The position numbers and the translations under genes were made by a program. This document shows, piece after piece, positions 21,346 through 30,663 of a stretch of 64,000 bases of DNA. Numbering within the stretch: the stretch's first letter is position 1; every line of letters starts with the position of its first letter. The stretch spans positions 22,429 to 86,428 of the forward strand of contig JAFVAL010000050.1 of NCBI GenBank assembly GCA_017480565.1, given 5' to 3'. The notes beneath the pieces are model-generated. The model was given only the letters and a program-made list of their open reading frames with translations, did no database searches and had not been told where the DNA came from. Origin of the DNA: Lachnospiraceae bacterium (lineage in GTDB: Bacteria > Bacillota > Clostridia > Lachnospirales > Lachnospiraceae).

Positions 21346-21959
21346 ATGTCTGGCTCACAGACCGTCACGAGAGTGGAAACGATCGACAAGAAGAAGTCAA
21401 GGATCTTCCTGGATGAAGAGTATGCCTTTTCCTGTATGCTTCCGAGATCCGACAGTATAAGATTGCAGAGGGTGTGACACTCTCCGAGGAGACGATCTTA
21501 AAGATCCGCAAGGACTGTGTCAGACATCATGCGGTGCGCAAGGCCATGTCGCTTCTTAAGACGATGGACCGAACCGAGAAGGAGCTGACCGACCGGCTGC
21601 GCAGGGAAGGATTTCCGGAAGATGCGGTGATGGAAGCCCTTGCCTATGTGATGAGCTACGGCTACGTCGATGATGCATCCTATGCAGATCGCTATGTCTA
21701 CAGTCAGAAGGAGAAGATGAGCCTTCGCACGATCCGGCAGAAGCTGCTCTTAAAAGGCATCGCGGCAGATGTGATCGAGACTGCAATCTCGGAGAACGAA
21801 GTATCTGAAGATGATGCACTAGAAAAGGCGATTGTGAAGAAGACACACGGCGTGCTTCCGGAAGAACCGAAGGAGAAGCAGAAGCTAGTAAGATACCTGC
21901 TTTCTAAGGGATTTCCTTACGGACAGGTAGCGAGAGCCCTATCTGTTGAAGAAGAATAG
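21346..21959 (+). pseudogene. recX: recX, split by an apparent 1-nt frameshift near 21427-21432 (true pseudogene or assembly error)
   Basis: ATG at 21346 gives MSGSQTVTRVETIDKKKSRIFLDEEYAF (RecX-like N-terminus), then junk until TGA at 21475. The RecX continuation LYASEIRQYKIAEGVTLSEETILKIRKD... runs in the -1 frame from 21432 to 21959. Confidence 0.6.
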
Positions 21960-21968
21960 TTTACGTTA

Positions 21969-21997
21969 CAGGGATGCGAGGGCATCCCTGTTTGTAT
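21969..21997 (+). terminator. Rho-independent terminator after recX
   Basis: cagggatgc / gcatccctg 9-bp stem with a 4-nt loop and a T-rich tail. Confidence 0.6.
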
Positions 21998-22047
21998 CTT
22001 GATTTCACACTGATTTCAGACTTTTTCGGTGAAATTACATCGCTAAC

Positions 22048-22076
22048 TTGACATTTCTGTTCGATAAGCGTAGAAT
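22048..22076 (+). promoter_or_regulatory. rny sigma-A promoter
   Basis: TTGACA, 17 nt, TAGAAT, about 50 nt upstream of the rny start. Confidence 0.5.
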
Positions 22077-22124
22077 AACACTGTTGTTTTGCACAATGAA
22101 AATTGAATAGGAGGAGGTGTTCTT

Positions 22125-23675
22125 GTGGAGTGGATCATTGCAGGTGTTGCAGTGGTTGCTGTCGTGATCGCCATTCTCGTGACCAGACGCGTCGTTCTTG
22201 ATAACTACAAGAAGAATGTAGAGAGCAAGATCGGTACGGCGGAAGAGAGAGCGAGAGAGATCATTGATGACGCCTTAAAGACCGCGGAAGCCAAGAAGAG
22301 AGAAGCGCTTTTGGAAGCCAAGGAAGAGAACTTAAAGGCGAAGAATGAACTTGAACGAGAGACGCGTGAACGCAGGAATGAGTTGCAGCGCTATGAGAAA
22401 CGTGTCACTTCGAAAGAAGAGACATTGGATCGCAAGATGGAATCCTTAGAGAAGAAGGAAGCCAGGATCAGCCAGAAAGAGGCAGAACTTGACAAGCTTC
22501 GCAGCGAGGAAGACAAACTACACGAGCAACAGGTACTGGAATTAGAGAAAATCTCTGGTTTAACCTCCGAACAAGCAAAAGATTATCTTTTAAAGACGGT
22601 TGAGGATGATGTAAAGCATGATACCGCAATCCTGGTCAAAGAGTTAGAGAATAAGGCGAAGGAAGAAGCCGATAAGAAGGCCAAAGAGATCGTTGTGACA
22701 GCCATTCAGCGCTGTGCAGCCGATCACGTGGCAGAGTCGACGATCTCCGTTGTACAGCTTCCTAACGATGAGATGAAGGGACGTATTATCGGTAGAGAAG
22801 GCCGTAACATCAGAACGCTGGAGACGATGACGGGTGTGGATTTGATTATCGATGATACACCGGAAGCAGTCATCTTATCCGGATTCGATCCGATCCGTCG
22901 CGAGATTGCGAGAATCGCTCTTGAGAAACTGATTGTTGATGGAAGAATCCATCCTGCCAGAATCGAGGAGATGGTCGAGAAAGCGAAGAAAGAAGTGGAA
23001 GCTACGATCCGTGAGGAAGGTGAGGCGGCTTGCCTTGAGGCGAACGTCCATGGGGTACATCCGGATCTGGTCAAGCTCCTTGGCCGCATGAAGTATCGTA
23101 CCAGCTATGGGCAGAATGCCTTGAAGCACTCGATTGAGGTGTCTCAGCTTGCTGGCCTCCTTGCAGGTGAGATCGGTGTCGATCAGCGTATGGCACGCCG
23201 TGCCGGATTGCTGCATGACATCGGTAAATCCATTGACCATGAAGTGGAAGGCTCCCATGTTCAGATCGGATCTGAGCTTTGCCGTAAGTACAAAGAGCAC
23301 CCGATCGTAATCAACTCGGTTGAGTCGCACCACGGTGATGTAGAACCCACCTCGTTGATCTCTTGTCTGGTACAAGCTGCAGATGCGATTTCTGCGGCAA
23401 GACCCGGTGCAAGAAGAGAGACGCTGGAGACCTATACAAACCGCTTAAAACAGTTAGAAGATATTACCAATGGCTTTAAGGGTGTTGATAAGTCCTTTGC
23501 CATTCAGGCCGGACGTGAAGTCCGCGTGATGGTAGTGCCGGAACAGATCAGTGATGATGATATGGTACTGCTGGCAAGAGATATATCAAAAGAGATTGAA
23601 CAACAGATGGAATATCCTGGACAGATTAAGGTCAACTTGATCCGTGAGTCCCGGGTGACCGACTATGCAAAATGA
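22125..23675 (+). CDS. rny: Ribonuclease Y
   Basis: N-terminal TM helix, a long coiled-coil, a KH domain ([12 protein letters not shown]) and an HD domain (LLHDIGK). GTG/TTG start after AGGAGGAGG. Confidence 0.92.
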   Translation: MEWIIAGVAVVAVVIAILVTRRVVLDNYKKNVESKIGTAEERAREIIDDALKTAEAKKREALLEAKEENLKAKNELERETRERRNELQRYEKRVTSKEETLDRKMESLEKKEARISQKEAELDKLRSEEDKLHEQQVLELEKISGLTSEQAKDYLLKTVEDDVKHDTAILVKELENKAKEEADKKAKEIVVTAIQRCAADHVAESTISVVQLPNDEMKGRIIGREGRNIRTLETMTGVDLIIDDTPEAVILSGFDPIRREIARIALEKLIVDGRIHPARIEEMVEKAKKEVEATIREEGEAACLEANVHGVHPDLVKLLGRMKYRTSYGQNALKHSIEVSQLAGLLAGEIGVDQRMARRAGLLHDIGKSIDHEVEGSHVQIGSELCRKYKEHPIVINSVESHHGDVEPTSLISCLVQAADAISAARPGARRETLETYTNRLKQLEDITNGFKGVDKSFAIQAGREVRVMVVPEQISDDDMVLLARDISKEIEQQMEYPGQIKVNLIRESRVTDYAK

Positions 23676-23706
23676 CGGTCCTGTTAAGCCTATCAGGCAT
23701 AAGTAT

Positions 23707-23735
23707 GGCCTGTGCGAAAGCACAGGCCTTTTACT
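23707..23735. terminator. Bidirectional hairpin terminator
   Basis: ggcctgtgc / gcacaggcc 9-bp stem with a gaaa loop and a T-tract. Confidence 0.6.
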
Positions 23736-23759
23736 TTGCAAAAATATATTTGCAAAATA

Positions 23760-23945
23760 TTATCTCTTGTTCAGTCTCGATGCAACTGCCTCCGCAGATC
23801 TGGAATCGATATCCTCTGCGATATCTAAGACGGTCTCGACATAGCCAAGAGGAAGCTCCAATGCGGTTGCGATCGTGTCAGCATCGTGGCCTTTGGCAAA
23901 GACTTTTAAGATCAGTTCGATGGTTTGCATTTCATTTTCTATCAT
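23760..23945 (-). CDS. Small hypothetical protein (61 aa) with an HTH-like segment
   Basis: AAGGAG sits 8 nt upstream of the ATG. The composition is protein-like and the segment GHDADTIATALELPLGYVETVL resembles a helix-turn-helix. No family recognised. Confidence 0.45.
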   Translation of the reverse strand: MIENEMQTIELILKVFAKGHDADTIATALELPLGYVETVLDIAEDIDSRSAEAVASRLNKR

Positions 23946-24122
23946 GATTTAAGCTCCTTGTGTCATGTTTTTCTAAAGATCCCTTTTAGTATACCAGAAC
24001 TGGATCAGAAAAGAAAGATGCGGAATGATTTCTAGAATGGTACGAAAAGATCTCTTGTCATAAGAGTGTGAAAAGCATATAATGAGTTCGCCTCGAATGA
24101 TGAAAGATTGGAGTGTACATCG

Positions 24123-24671
24123 ATGAAAAAAGAAGAGTATAAGAAACTGAACCATGAACTGATGCATCATGGTCGAATCGTTGATTTTTATGCAGATACC
24201 GTTGAGCTGCCAAACGGCGAGCTCGCACACTGGGATTTCATTCAGCACAGAGGGGCTGCCGCGATCGTACCGGTGCTTCCTGACGGAAGAATCCTCATGG
24301 TGCGTCAGTACCGTGTCGGGCCGGATCAGATTACGCTTGAGATTCCTGCAGGCGGGTTAAATGGCGATGAAGAGATGATCACCTGTGCGACGAGAGAGTG
24401 TGAGGAAGAGACCGGCTACCGTGTGGTAGGAGAGGCAAAGCATCTGATCACGATCTATACGACGCCGGCGTTCTGCAACGAGAGAATCGGCATTTTCTAC
24501 GCGGATCATCTGGAGAAGAGCCACCAACATCTGGATCCGGATGAGTTTGTCAACGTGGAGGCAAAGACCATCGACGAATTGACCCAGATGATTTTAAATC
24601 ATGAGATCATCGATACGAAGACCGTGACTGCGGTTTTGACGTATAAGGCACTGATCGAACAGAAGAAGTAA
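24123..24671 (+). CDS. NUDIX hydrolase (ADP-ribose pyrophosphatase-like)
   Basis: Nudix box GGLNGDEEMITCATRECEEETGY. Upstream promoter TTGTCA, 17 nt, TATAAT. Confidence 0.8.
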   Translation: MKKEEYKKLNHELMHHGRIVDFYADTVELPNGELAHWDFIQHRGAAAIVPVLPDGRILMVRQYRVGPDQITLEIPAGGLNGDEEMITCATRECEEETGYRVVGEAKHLITIYTTPAFCNERIGIFYADHLEKSHQHLDPDEFVNVEAKTIDELTQMILNHEIIDTKTVTAVLTYKALIEQKK

Positions 24672-24724
24672 AAATGACCCCGAAGGTTTGACGTAAAACA
24701 TCGAATCTTCGGGGTTTTCTCATT

Positions 24725-26359
24725 TTATCCTTGGTTTTGCATTTCCACCAGACGGCCGCTTACATAACGCTCGCGCAGCGCCGGCTTTTCGATCTTACCG
24801 GTTGCATTTCTTGGCACATCCGCAAAAATAATCTTCCTCGGACGTTTATATCTGGGCAGATCCAGGCAGAAGTGCTGAATCTCTTCTTCGGTGCAGGTCA
24901 TACCTTCCTTCACCTGAATGATCGCGGTTGCAATCTCACCGAGACGCTTATCGGGAAGACCGATGACCGCCACATCGTGAATCTTCGGCATCGCGGATAA
25001 GTAGGCTTCAATCTGAACCGGATAAAGATTCTCGCCGCCGCTGATGATCACGTCTTTCTTACGGTCGACCAGGAAAATGAATCCGTCCTCGTCTTGTTTT
25101 GCCATATCTCCGGTAAATAACCAACCGTCCTTTAAGACTTCTGCGGTCGCTTCCGGGTCTTTGTAGTACTCGACCATGACGCCAGGGCCTTTGACGCAAA
25201 GCTCACCGACCTCTCCCTGAACTACTTTTTCACCTTTTTCATCGACGATCTTTGTCCTCCAGCCGAAGCCAGGAATTCCGATCGCACCGACTTTGTGGAT
25301 GTTATCGACGCCCAGATGGACACATCCAGGGCCGGTAGATTCCGACAGACCATAGTTCGTGTCGTACTTGTGATTCGGGAAATACTCCATCCAGTGACGA
25401 ATCAGGCTCGGCGGTACCGGCTGGGCACCAATGTGCATCAGACGCCACTGTTCGGTGTGATACTCCTCGAGCTTGATCTCCCCATTATCAAGTGCAATCA
25501 AGAGATCCTGCGCCCACGGAACGAGCAGCCAGACGATCGTACATCCTTCGTTGGAGACCGCATCCATGATGGCTTTCGGTTTATTTCCTTTCAACAAAAC
25601 AGCGCGGCTTCCGGTGTATAAAGAGCCAAACCAGTGCATCTTTGCGCCCGTGTGGTAGAGCGGCGGGATACAGAGGAAGACATCGTCTTTCGTCGTCTCA
25701 TGATGGGTTGCTTCCATCCGCGCGGACTGGGAGAGGGCTTGATGCTTGAGTAAAATCGCTTTCGGGAAACCGGTCGTACCGGAAGAATAATAGATCGCGG
25801 CATCATCGGTGTCTTCGATCAAAATCTTCGGCGCGGAACTGGAGCAGTTCGAAACCAGGCGGTAATAGTCGTCTGCATAGGTCGGACAGGAATCTCCGAC
25901 AAAGAAGAGCAGGTGGTCATTGCTTAAATGATCCACGATCTCCTCGATGCGGCCGATGAATTCCGGCCCGTAGAAGAGGACGTCCGCGTCTGCCTTTAAG
26001 ACGCAGTATTCGATCTCATCGGAGGTATATCTAAAGTTTAAAGGTACTGCAATCGCACCGGATTTTAAGATGCCGAAATAGATGGGGAGCCACTCCAAGC
26101 AGTTCATCAGAAGGATCGCAACTTTCTGACCCTTGCGGATGCCGCGGGAGAGAAGGAGGTTTGCAACACGGTTGGCTTTCTCATCAAAGACGGACCAGGT
26201 GATCTCTCTGCGGTAGAAGGCGCGGCTGGTCGGCTGTACGAGTTCGTACTCCTTCCAGGTGACTCTCTGATCCTCGGTCAACTGTGGGTCAATCTCGACC
26301 AGAGCTACTTCGTGACCATATAATTTTCGGTTTCTTTCGAGTAAATCGGTGATGGGCAT
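24725..26359 (-). CDS. AMP-forming acyl-CoA synthetase/ligase (class I adenylate-forming)
   Basis: YSSGTTGFPK AMP-binding motif, plus TGD and GKIEK C-terminal motifs. 544 aa. Confidence 0.8.
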   Translation of the reverse strand: MPITDLLERNRKLYGHEVALVEIDPQLTEDQRVTWKEYELVQPTSRAFYRREITWSVFDEKANRVANLLLSRGIRKGQKVAILLMNCLEWLPIYFGILKSGAIAVPLNFRYTSDEIEYCVLKADADVLFYGPEFIGRIEEIVDHLSNDHLLFFVGDSCPTYADDYYRLVSNCSSSAPKILIEDTDDAAIYYSSGTTGFPKAILLKHQALSQSARMEATHHETTKDDVFLCIPPLYHTGAKMHWFGSLYTGSRAVLLKGNKPKAIMDAVSNEGCTIVWLLVPWAQDLLIALDNGEIKLEEYHTEQWRLMHIGAQPVPPSLIRHWMEYFPNHKYDTNYGLSESTGPGCVHLGVDNIHKVGAIGIPGFGWRTKIVDEKGEKVVQGEVGELCVKGPGVMVEYYKDPEATAEVLKDGWLFTGDMAKQDEDGFIFLVDRKKDVIISGGENLYPVQIEAYLSAMPKIHDVAVIGLPDKRLGEIATAIIQVKEGMTCTEEEIQHFCLDLPRYKRPRKIIFADVPRNATGKIEKPALRERYVSGRLVEMQNQG

Positions 26360-26502
26360 GATACATTTTCTCCAAATTCATGAATTCTTTTACAAAAACG
26401 CTTGAGTTTTTTGCGTTAATCCGTTAAAGTGAGTGTATTGTAGTTGATAAAACTTGTTTTGTCAAGTTCATGAGACATAAAAGAGAGAGTTGGAGGAAGT
26501 TT

Positions 26503-28239
26503 ATGAAAGAATTGATGCTTGGCAACAAAGCGGCAGCGAGAGGCTTATATGAAGCCGGATGTCTCTTTGTCTCGAGTTATCCCGGAACGCCCAGTACGGA
26601 GATTACGGAAGAAGCAGCCAAATACGATGAGATATACTGTGAGTGGGCTCCGAACGAGAAGGTTGCGATGGAAGCGGCTTTTGGTGCCTGTCTTTCCGGA
26701 TCGCGTGCCTTTTGCGGCATGAAGCATGTCGGGTTAAATGTGGCCGCAGATCCGCTGTATACGATGTCCTACACCGGTGTGAACGCCGGTCTTGTCATTG
26801 CGGTGGCAGACGATGCAGGCATGCATTCCTCTCAGAATGAGCAGGATTCCCGCCATCATGCGATCGCTGCAAAGGTACCGATGCTTGAGCCATCAGATTC
26901 TGCGGAGTCTCTTGCATTTGCCAAATTGGCCTACGAGATCTCCGAAAAGTTTGATACCCCGGTACTCCTTAAAATGTGTACGCGCATTGCACATTCTCAG
27001 TCTGTGGTGGAGACTTCCGAGCGCGTGGTTCCGAAGAAGGACTATGAGAAGAACATCGCAAAGTATGTCATGATGCCGGGCAACGCAAAAAAGCGTCATC
27101 CGATCGTTGAGGAGAGAACCAAGGCGCTGATTGCATTTGCGGAGGAAAGTGAGATCAACCGTGTGGAGATGGGTGGAACCGGTCTTGGAATCATCACCTC
27201 CAGCACCTCTTATCAGTACGTGAAAGAAGTGTTCGGTGACCGTGTCTCGGTCTTAAAGCTTGGGATGGTCAACCCGCTTCCGGTACAGAAGATCCTCGAT
27301 TTTGCAGCGAAGGTTGATAAGCTGGTTGTGGTCGAGGAACTGGATCCGATCATTGAAAATCATTGTAAATCGCTGGGGCTTACGGTGTCCGGTAAAGATA
27401 TCCTTCCGATCTGCGATGAATTTTCGCAGAATCTGATCGCGAAAGCATTTGGAGAACCGGTTCCGGAGACGAGAAAGCTTGAGGATGCGATTCCTCCGAG
27501 ACCACCGGTGATGTGTTCCGGATGTCCGCACAGAGGATTGTTTTATACCTTAAAGCAGAACAAGTGCACGGTTCTCGGCGATATCGGTTGTTATACCCTG
27601 GGTGCAGTGGCACCGCTTGGCGCGATGGAGATGACGCTTTGCATGGGCGCTTCGATCAGTGCGTTGCACGGATTTAATAAGGCGGATCCGACACACGAAG
27701 GAAAGACCGTCGCGGTGATCGGAGACTCGACCTTTATGCATTCCGGCATGACCGGCCTTGCCAATGTCGCCTATAACCAGTCGAATTCCACGATCATTAT
27801 CCTGGATAACTCAATCACCGGTATGACCGGCCATCAGCAAAATCCGACGACCGGCTACAACATCAAGGGAGATCCGGCCGGAAAGATCGATCTGGAAGCG
27901 CTCTGTAAGGCGATGGGCTTTGAGAGAGTGCGCGTGGTAGATCCGTATGATCTTGCGGCGTGTGACAAGGCAGTGAAGGAAGAGCTTGCAGCAAATGAGC
28001 CTTCGGTGATCATTTCCAGAAGGCCTTGTGCACTGCTTAAGTATGTTAAGCACAATCCGCCTTTGGTGGTAGATACGGACAAATGTGTTGGCTGTCGTTC
28101 TTGTATGCGCATTGGCTGCCCGTCCATTTCCATCAAGAATGGAAAAGCACACGTGGATCAGACCCTCTGCGTCGGCTGCAATGTCTGCGCGCAGCTTTGT
28201 AAATTCGGCGCATTTTCAAGTTCGAAGAAAGGAGAGTAA
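26503..28239 (+). CDS. iorA: Indolepyruvate:ferredoxin oxidoreductase subunit alpha
   Basis: TPP-binding GDSTFMHSG motif and a C-terminal 2x[4Fe-4S] domain (CVGCRSC...CVGCNVC). Followed by iorB. Start at the ATG after GGAGGAAG. Confidence 0.85.
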   Translation: MKELMLGNKAAARGLYEAGCLFVSSYPGTPSTEITEEAAKYDEIYCEWAPNEKVAMEAAFGACLSGSRAFCGMKHVGLNVAADPLYTMSYTGVNAGLVIAVADDAGMHSSQNEQDSRHHAIAAKVPMLEPSDSAESLAFAKLAYEISEKFDTPVLLKMCTRIAHSQSVVETSERVVPKKDYEKNIAKYVMMPGNAKKRHPIVEERTKALIAFAEESEINRVEMGGTGLGIITSSTSYQYVKEVFGDRVSVLKLGMVNPLPVQKILDFAAKVDKLVVVEELDPIIENHCKSLGLTVSGKDILPICDEFSQNLIAKAFGEPVPETRKLEDAIPPRPPVMCSGCPHRGLFYTLKQNKCTVLGDIGCYTLGAVAPLGAMEMTLCMGASISALHGFNKADPTHEGKTVAVIGDSTFMHSGMTGLANVAYNQSNSTIIILDNSITGMTGHQQNPTTGYNIKGDPAGKIDLEALCKAMGFERVRVVDPYDLAACDKAVKEELAANEPSVIISRRPCALLKYVKHNPPLVVDTDKCVGCRSCMRIGCPSISIKNGKAHVDQTLCVGCNVCAQLCKFGAFSSSKKGE

Positions 28240-28242
28240 GCG

Positions 28243-28815
28243 ATGGAGACCAAGAATATCATGATTGTCGGCGTTGGCGGACAGGGAAGCTTACTCGCCA
28301 GCAAGCTGCTCGGACATCTGCTTCTTTCTCAGGGGTATGATGTGAAGGTTTCTGAGGTGCACGGCATGTCGCAGCGCGGCGGCTCGGTGGTCACCTATGT
28401 GCGTTATGGCGATCAGGTTGCTTCTCCAGTCATTGACCTGGGCGAAGCCGACTTTATCGTGTCATTTGAGATTCTGGAAGCGGCCAGATGGCTGCCTTAC
28501 TTAAAGAAGGACGGTACGATCGTCACCAACACTCAGCAAATGGATCCGATGCCTGTGATCACTGGCGCAGCGGTTTATCCGGAGAATCTGGTGGAAAAGC
28601 TCAAGGCTTCCGGTGCAAAGGTGGATGCCCTGGATTGCCTGACTCTGGCTGAGCAGGCGGGGTCTTCGAAAGCAGTAAATGTGGTGCTTCTGGGAAGACT
28701 TTCACATTACTTTGATCTGCCGGAGGAGACTTGGCTGGCATCGTTAGAAGCGATGGTGCCGCCGAAGTTCATTGAATTAAACAAAAAGGCATTTGCCTTA
28801 GGTAGAAACCAATAA
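28243..28815 (+). CDS. iorB: Indolepyruvate:ferredoxin oxidoreductase subunit beta
   Basis: 190 aa with a GVGGQG motif of the pyruvate/ketoisovalerate oxidoreductase gamma-type domain. Starts 3 nt after iorA. Confidence 0.85.
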   Translation: METKNIMIVGVGGQGSLLASKLLGHLLLSQGYDVKVSEVHGMSQRGGSVVTYVRYGDQVASPVIDLGEADFIVSFEILEAARWLPYLKKDGTIVTNTQQMDPMPVITGAAVYPENLVEKLKASGAKVDALDCLTLAEQAGSSKAVNVVLLGRLSHYFDLPEETWLASLEAMVPPKFIELNKKAFALGRNQ

Positions 28816-28835
28816 ATAACAGGGGGATATATGGT

Positions 28836-30137
28836 ATGGAACGATACTATCAACCGGAGATCGAATGCGCTTCCCGCGAGGCGATGATCGAGATCCAGAA
28901 CGAGAAACTGGTAAAACAGGTCAAGCACGTCTGGGACAATGTGCCTTATTGCCGTAAGAAGATGGAAGATGCTGGGGTAACACCAGATGATATCAAATCC
29001 ATCGATGATCTGCACAAACTGCCTTTCTTAAGCAAGGCAGACCTGCGTGATGCTTATCCGTATGGACTTCTCGGCACACCGTTAAAGGATTGTGTCCGCA
29101 TTCAGTCGACCTCTGGTACCACAGGAAAGCGCGTGGTTGCTTTCTATACCCAGCACGATGTAGATCTTTGGGAAGAGTGCTGCGCACGTGCGATCGTGGC
29201 GGCAGGCGGAACGAATGAGGATGTCTGCCAGGTCTCTTATGGCTACGGCTTATTTACCGGCGGCCCTGGCTTAAACGGCGGCAGCCACAAGGTGGGATGC
29301 CTGACCATTCCGACCAGTTCCGGTAACACGGAGCGCCAGATCATGTTCATCATGGATCTTAGCGCGACGATTCTTTGCTGCACACCGAGCTATGCGGCGT
29401 ATCTTGGCGAGTCCATGAAGGAAATGGGATTAGGACCGGATGATATTCCGCTCAAAGCCGGTATCTTCGGCGCAGAAGCCTGGAGCGAAGAGATGCGTCA
29501 GGACATTCAGAATACGCTGGGCATCAAGGCGTATGACATCTATGGTCTGACTGAGCTTTCAGGCCCTGGTGTGGCATTTGAGTGCTCCGCACAGAACGGT
29601 ATGCACATCAATGAGGATCATTTCATCGCAGAGATCATTGATCCGGAAACAGGGGAGGTTCTCCCGGACGGAACCCAGGGCGAACTGGTCTTTACCTCAC
29701 TTGATAAAGAGGCATTCCCGCTGCTCAGATACCGTACAAGAGATGTCTGCACGTTGACCAGAGAGAAATGTTCTTGCGGCAGAACGCATGTCAAGATGGC
29801 TAAGCCGAAGGGACGTACCGACGATATGCTCATCATTCGCGGCGTCAATGTCTTCCCGTCCCAGATCGAGACCGTGCTGCTCAACAAGGGATATCCGGCA
29901 AACTATCAGATCATCGTCGACCGTGTCAACAATTCGGATACGTTAGATGTTCTGGTCGAGATGACGCAGGAGATGTTCACCGACAACCTTGGCGAAATTG
30001 CGGCACGTCAGAAAGACCTGGTAGAGGGACTGAAGTCGATGCTTGGCATCAAGGCAAAGGTTTCGCTCGTTGCGCCTAAGAGCATTGCAAGAAGCGAAGG
30101 CAAAGCCGTGCGTGTCATTGATAAACGTAAAATTTGA
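28836..30137 (+). CDS. paaK: Phenylacetate-CoA ligase family (PaaK-like)
   Basis: QSTSGTTGKR adenylation motif, YGLTE and RYRTRD motifs. 433 aa, typical PaaK size. Confidence 0.85.
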   Translation: MERYYQPEIECASREAMIEIQNEKLVKQVKHVWDNVPYCRKKMEDAGVTPDDIKSIDDLHKLPFLSKADLRDAYPYGLLGTPLKDCVRIQSTSGTTGKRVVAFYTQHDVDLWEECCARAIVAAGGTNEDVCQVSYGYGLFTGGPGLNGGSHKVGCLTIPTSSGNTERQIMFIMDLSATILCCTPSYAAYLGESMKEMGLGPDDIPLKAGIFGAEAWSEEMRQDIQNTLGIKAYDIYGLTELSGPGVAFECSAQNGMHINEDHFIAEIIDPETGEVLPDGTQGELVFTSLDKEAFPLLRYRTRDVCTLTREKCSCGRTHVKMAKPKGRTDDMLIIRGVNVFPSQIETVLLNKGYPANYQIIVDRVNNSDTLDVLVEMTQEMFTDNLGEIAARQKDLVEGLKSMLGIKAKVSLVAPKSIARSEGKAVRVIDKRKI

Positions 30138-30164
30138 CAGATCATTTGCAGGGAGGATAAACGT

Positions 30165-30596
30165 ATGAGCGTAAAACAGATTTCCGTGTTTTTGGAAAAT
30201 AAACCCGGCACGTTAAATGCGATGACGAACGTTTTGACAAAGCATAATGTCGATCTACGTGCTTTATCGCTTGCGGAGACCACCGATTTTGGTATTGCCC
30301 GTTTTATCGTGGGAAATACCCTTGAGACGGTGACGATCTTAAAAGAAGAGGGGTATATCAGTTCTCTGACACCGGTCATCGCTGCAGAGATTGCCGATAA
30401 GCCCGGCGCGTTAAATGAAGTGCTTCAGATCCTCACAGACAATCAGATCAACGTAGAGTATATGTATGCTTCGCTCGGGTCTAAGAACGGAACGGCTTAC
30501 ATGATCTTCCGTGTGCAGGATTATAAGAAGGCTGCTGCGGCACTAGAGAGTGCGCATGTACGTGTGCTTTCACAGGAGGATCTGGCAGAGATCTGA
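30165..30596 (+). CDS. Stand-alone tandem ACT-domain protein
   Basis: 143 aa. MSVKQISVFLENKPGTL is a classic ACT beta1-loop, and a second copy occurs at AAEIADKPGAL. Confidence 0.75.
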   Translation: MSVKQISVFLENKPGTLNAMTNVLTKHNVDLRALSLAETTDFGIARFIVGNTLETVTILKEEGYISSLTPVIAAEIADKPGALNEVLQILTDNQINVEYMYASLGSKNGTAYMIFRVQDYKKAAAALESAHVRVLSQEDLAEI

Positions 30597-30663
30597 TCTG
30601 TCAGGCATCATATATGAAATGAGAGCGCGGTTAGCTTACGCGCTGGAATAGGGGGAAAAGAAT

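Noticed and set aside
21421-21477. Programmed ribosomal frameshifting as the explanation for the split recX
   Set aside because: The required shift is -1, but the site (GCC TTT TCC) is not an X XXY YYZ slippery heptamer. I see no downstream pseudoknot or hairpin at the right spacing. A homopolymer indel is the simpler explanation.
23672-23947. 91-aa plus-strand ORF starting in the rny stop codon
   Set aside because: It reads straight through the rny terminator hairpin and is antisense to the better-supported 61-aa minus-strand ORF, which has a proper AAGGAG RBS.
26451-26468. Short palindrome aacttg-N6-caagtt upstream of iorA as an operator
   Set aside because: It has only 6-bp arms in an A/T-rich promoter region. 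There is no second copy near the other aromatic-pathway promoters.
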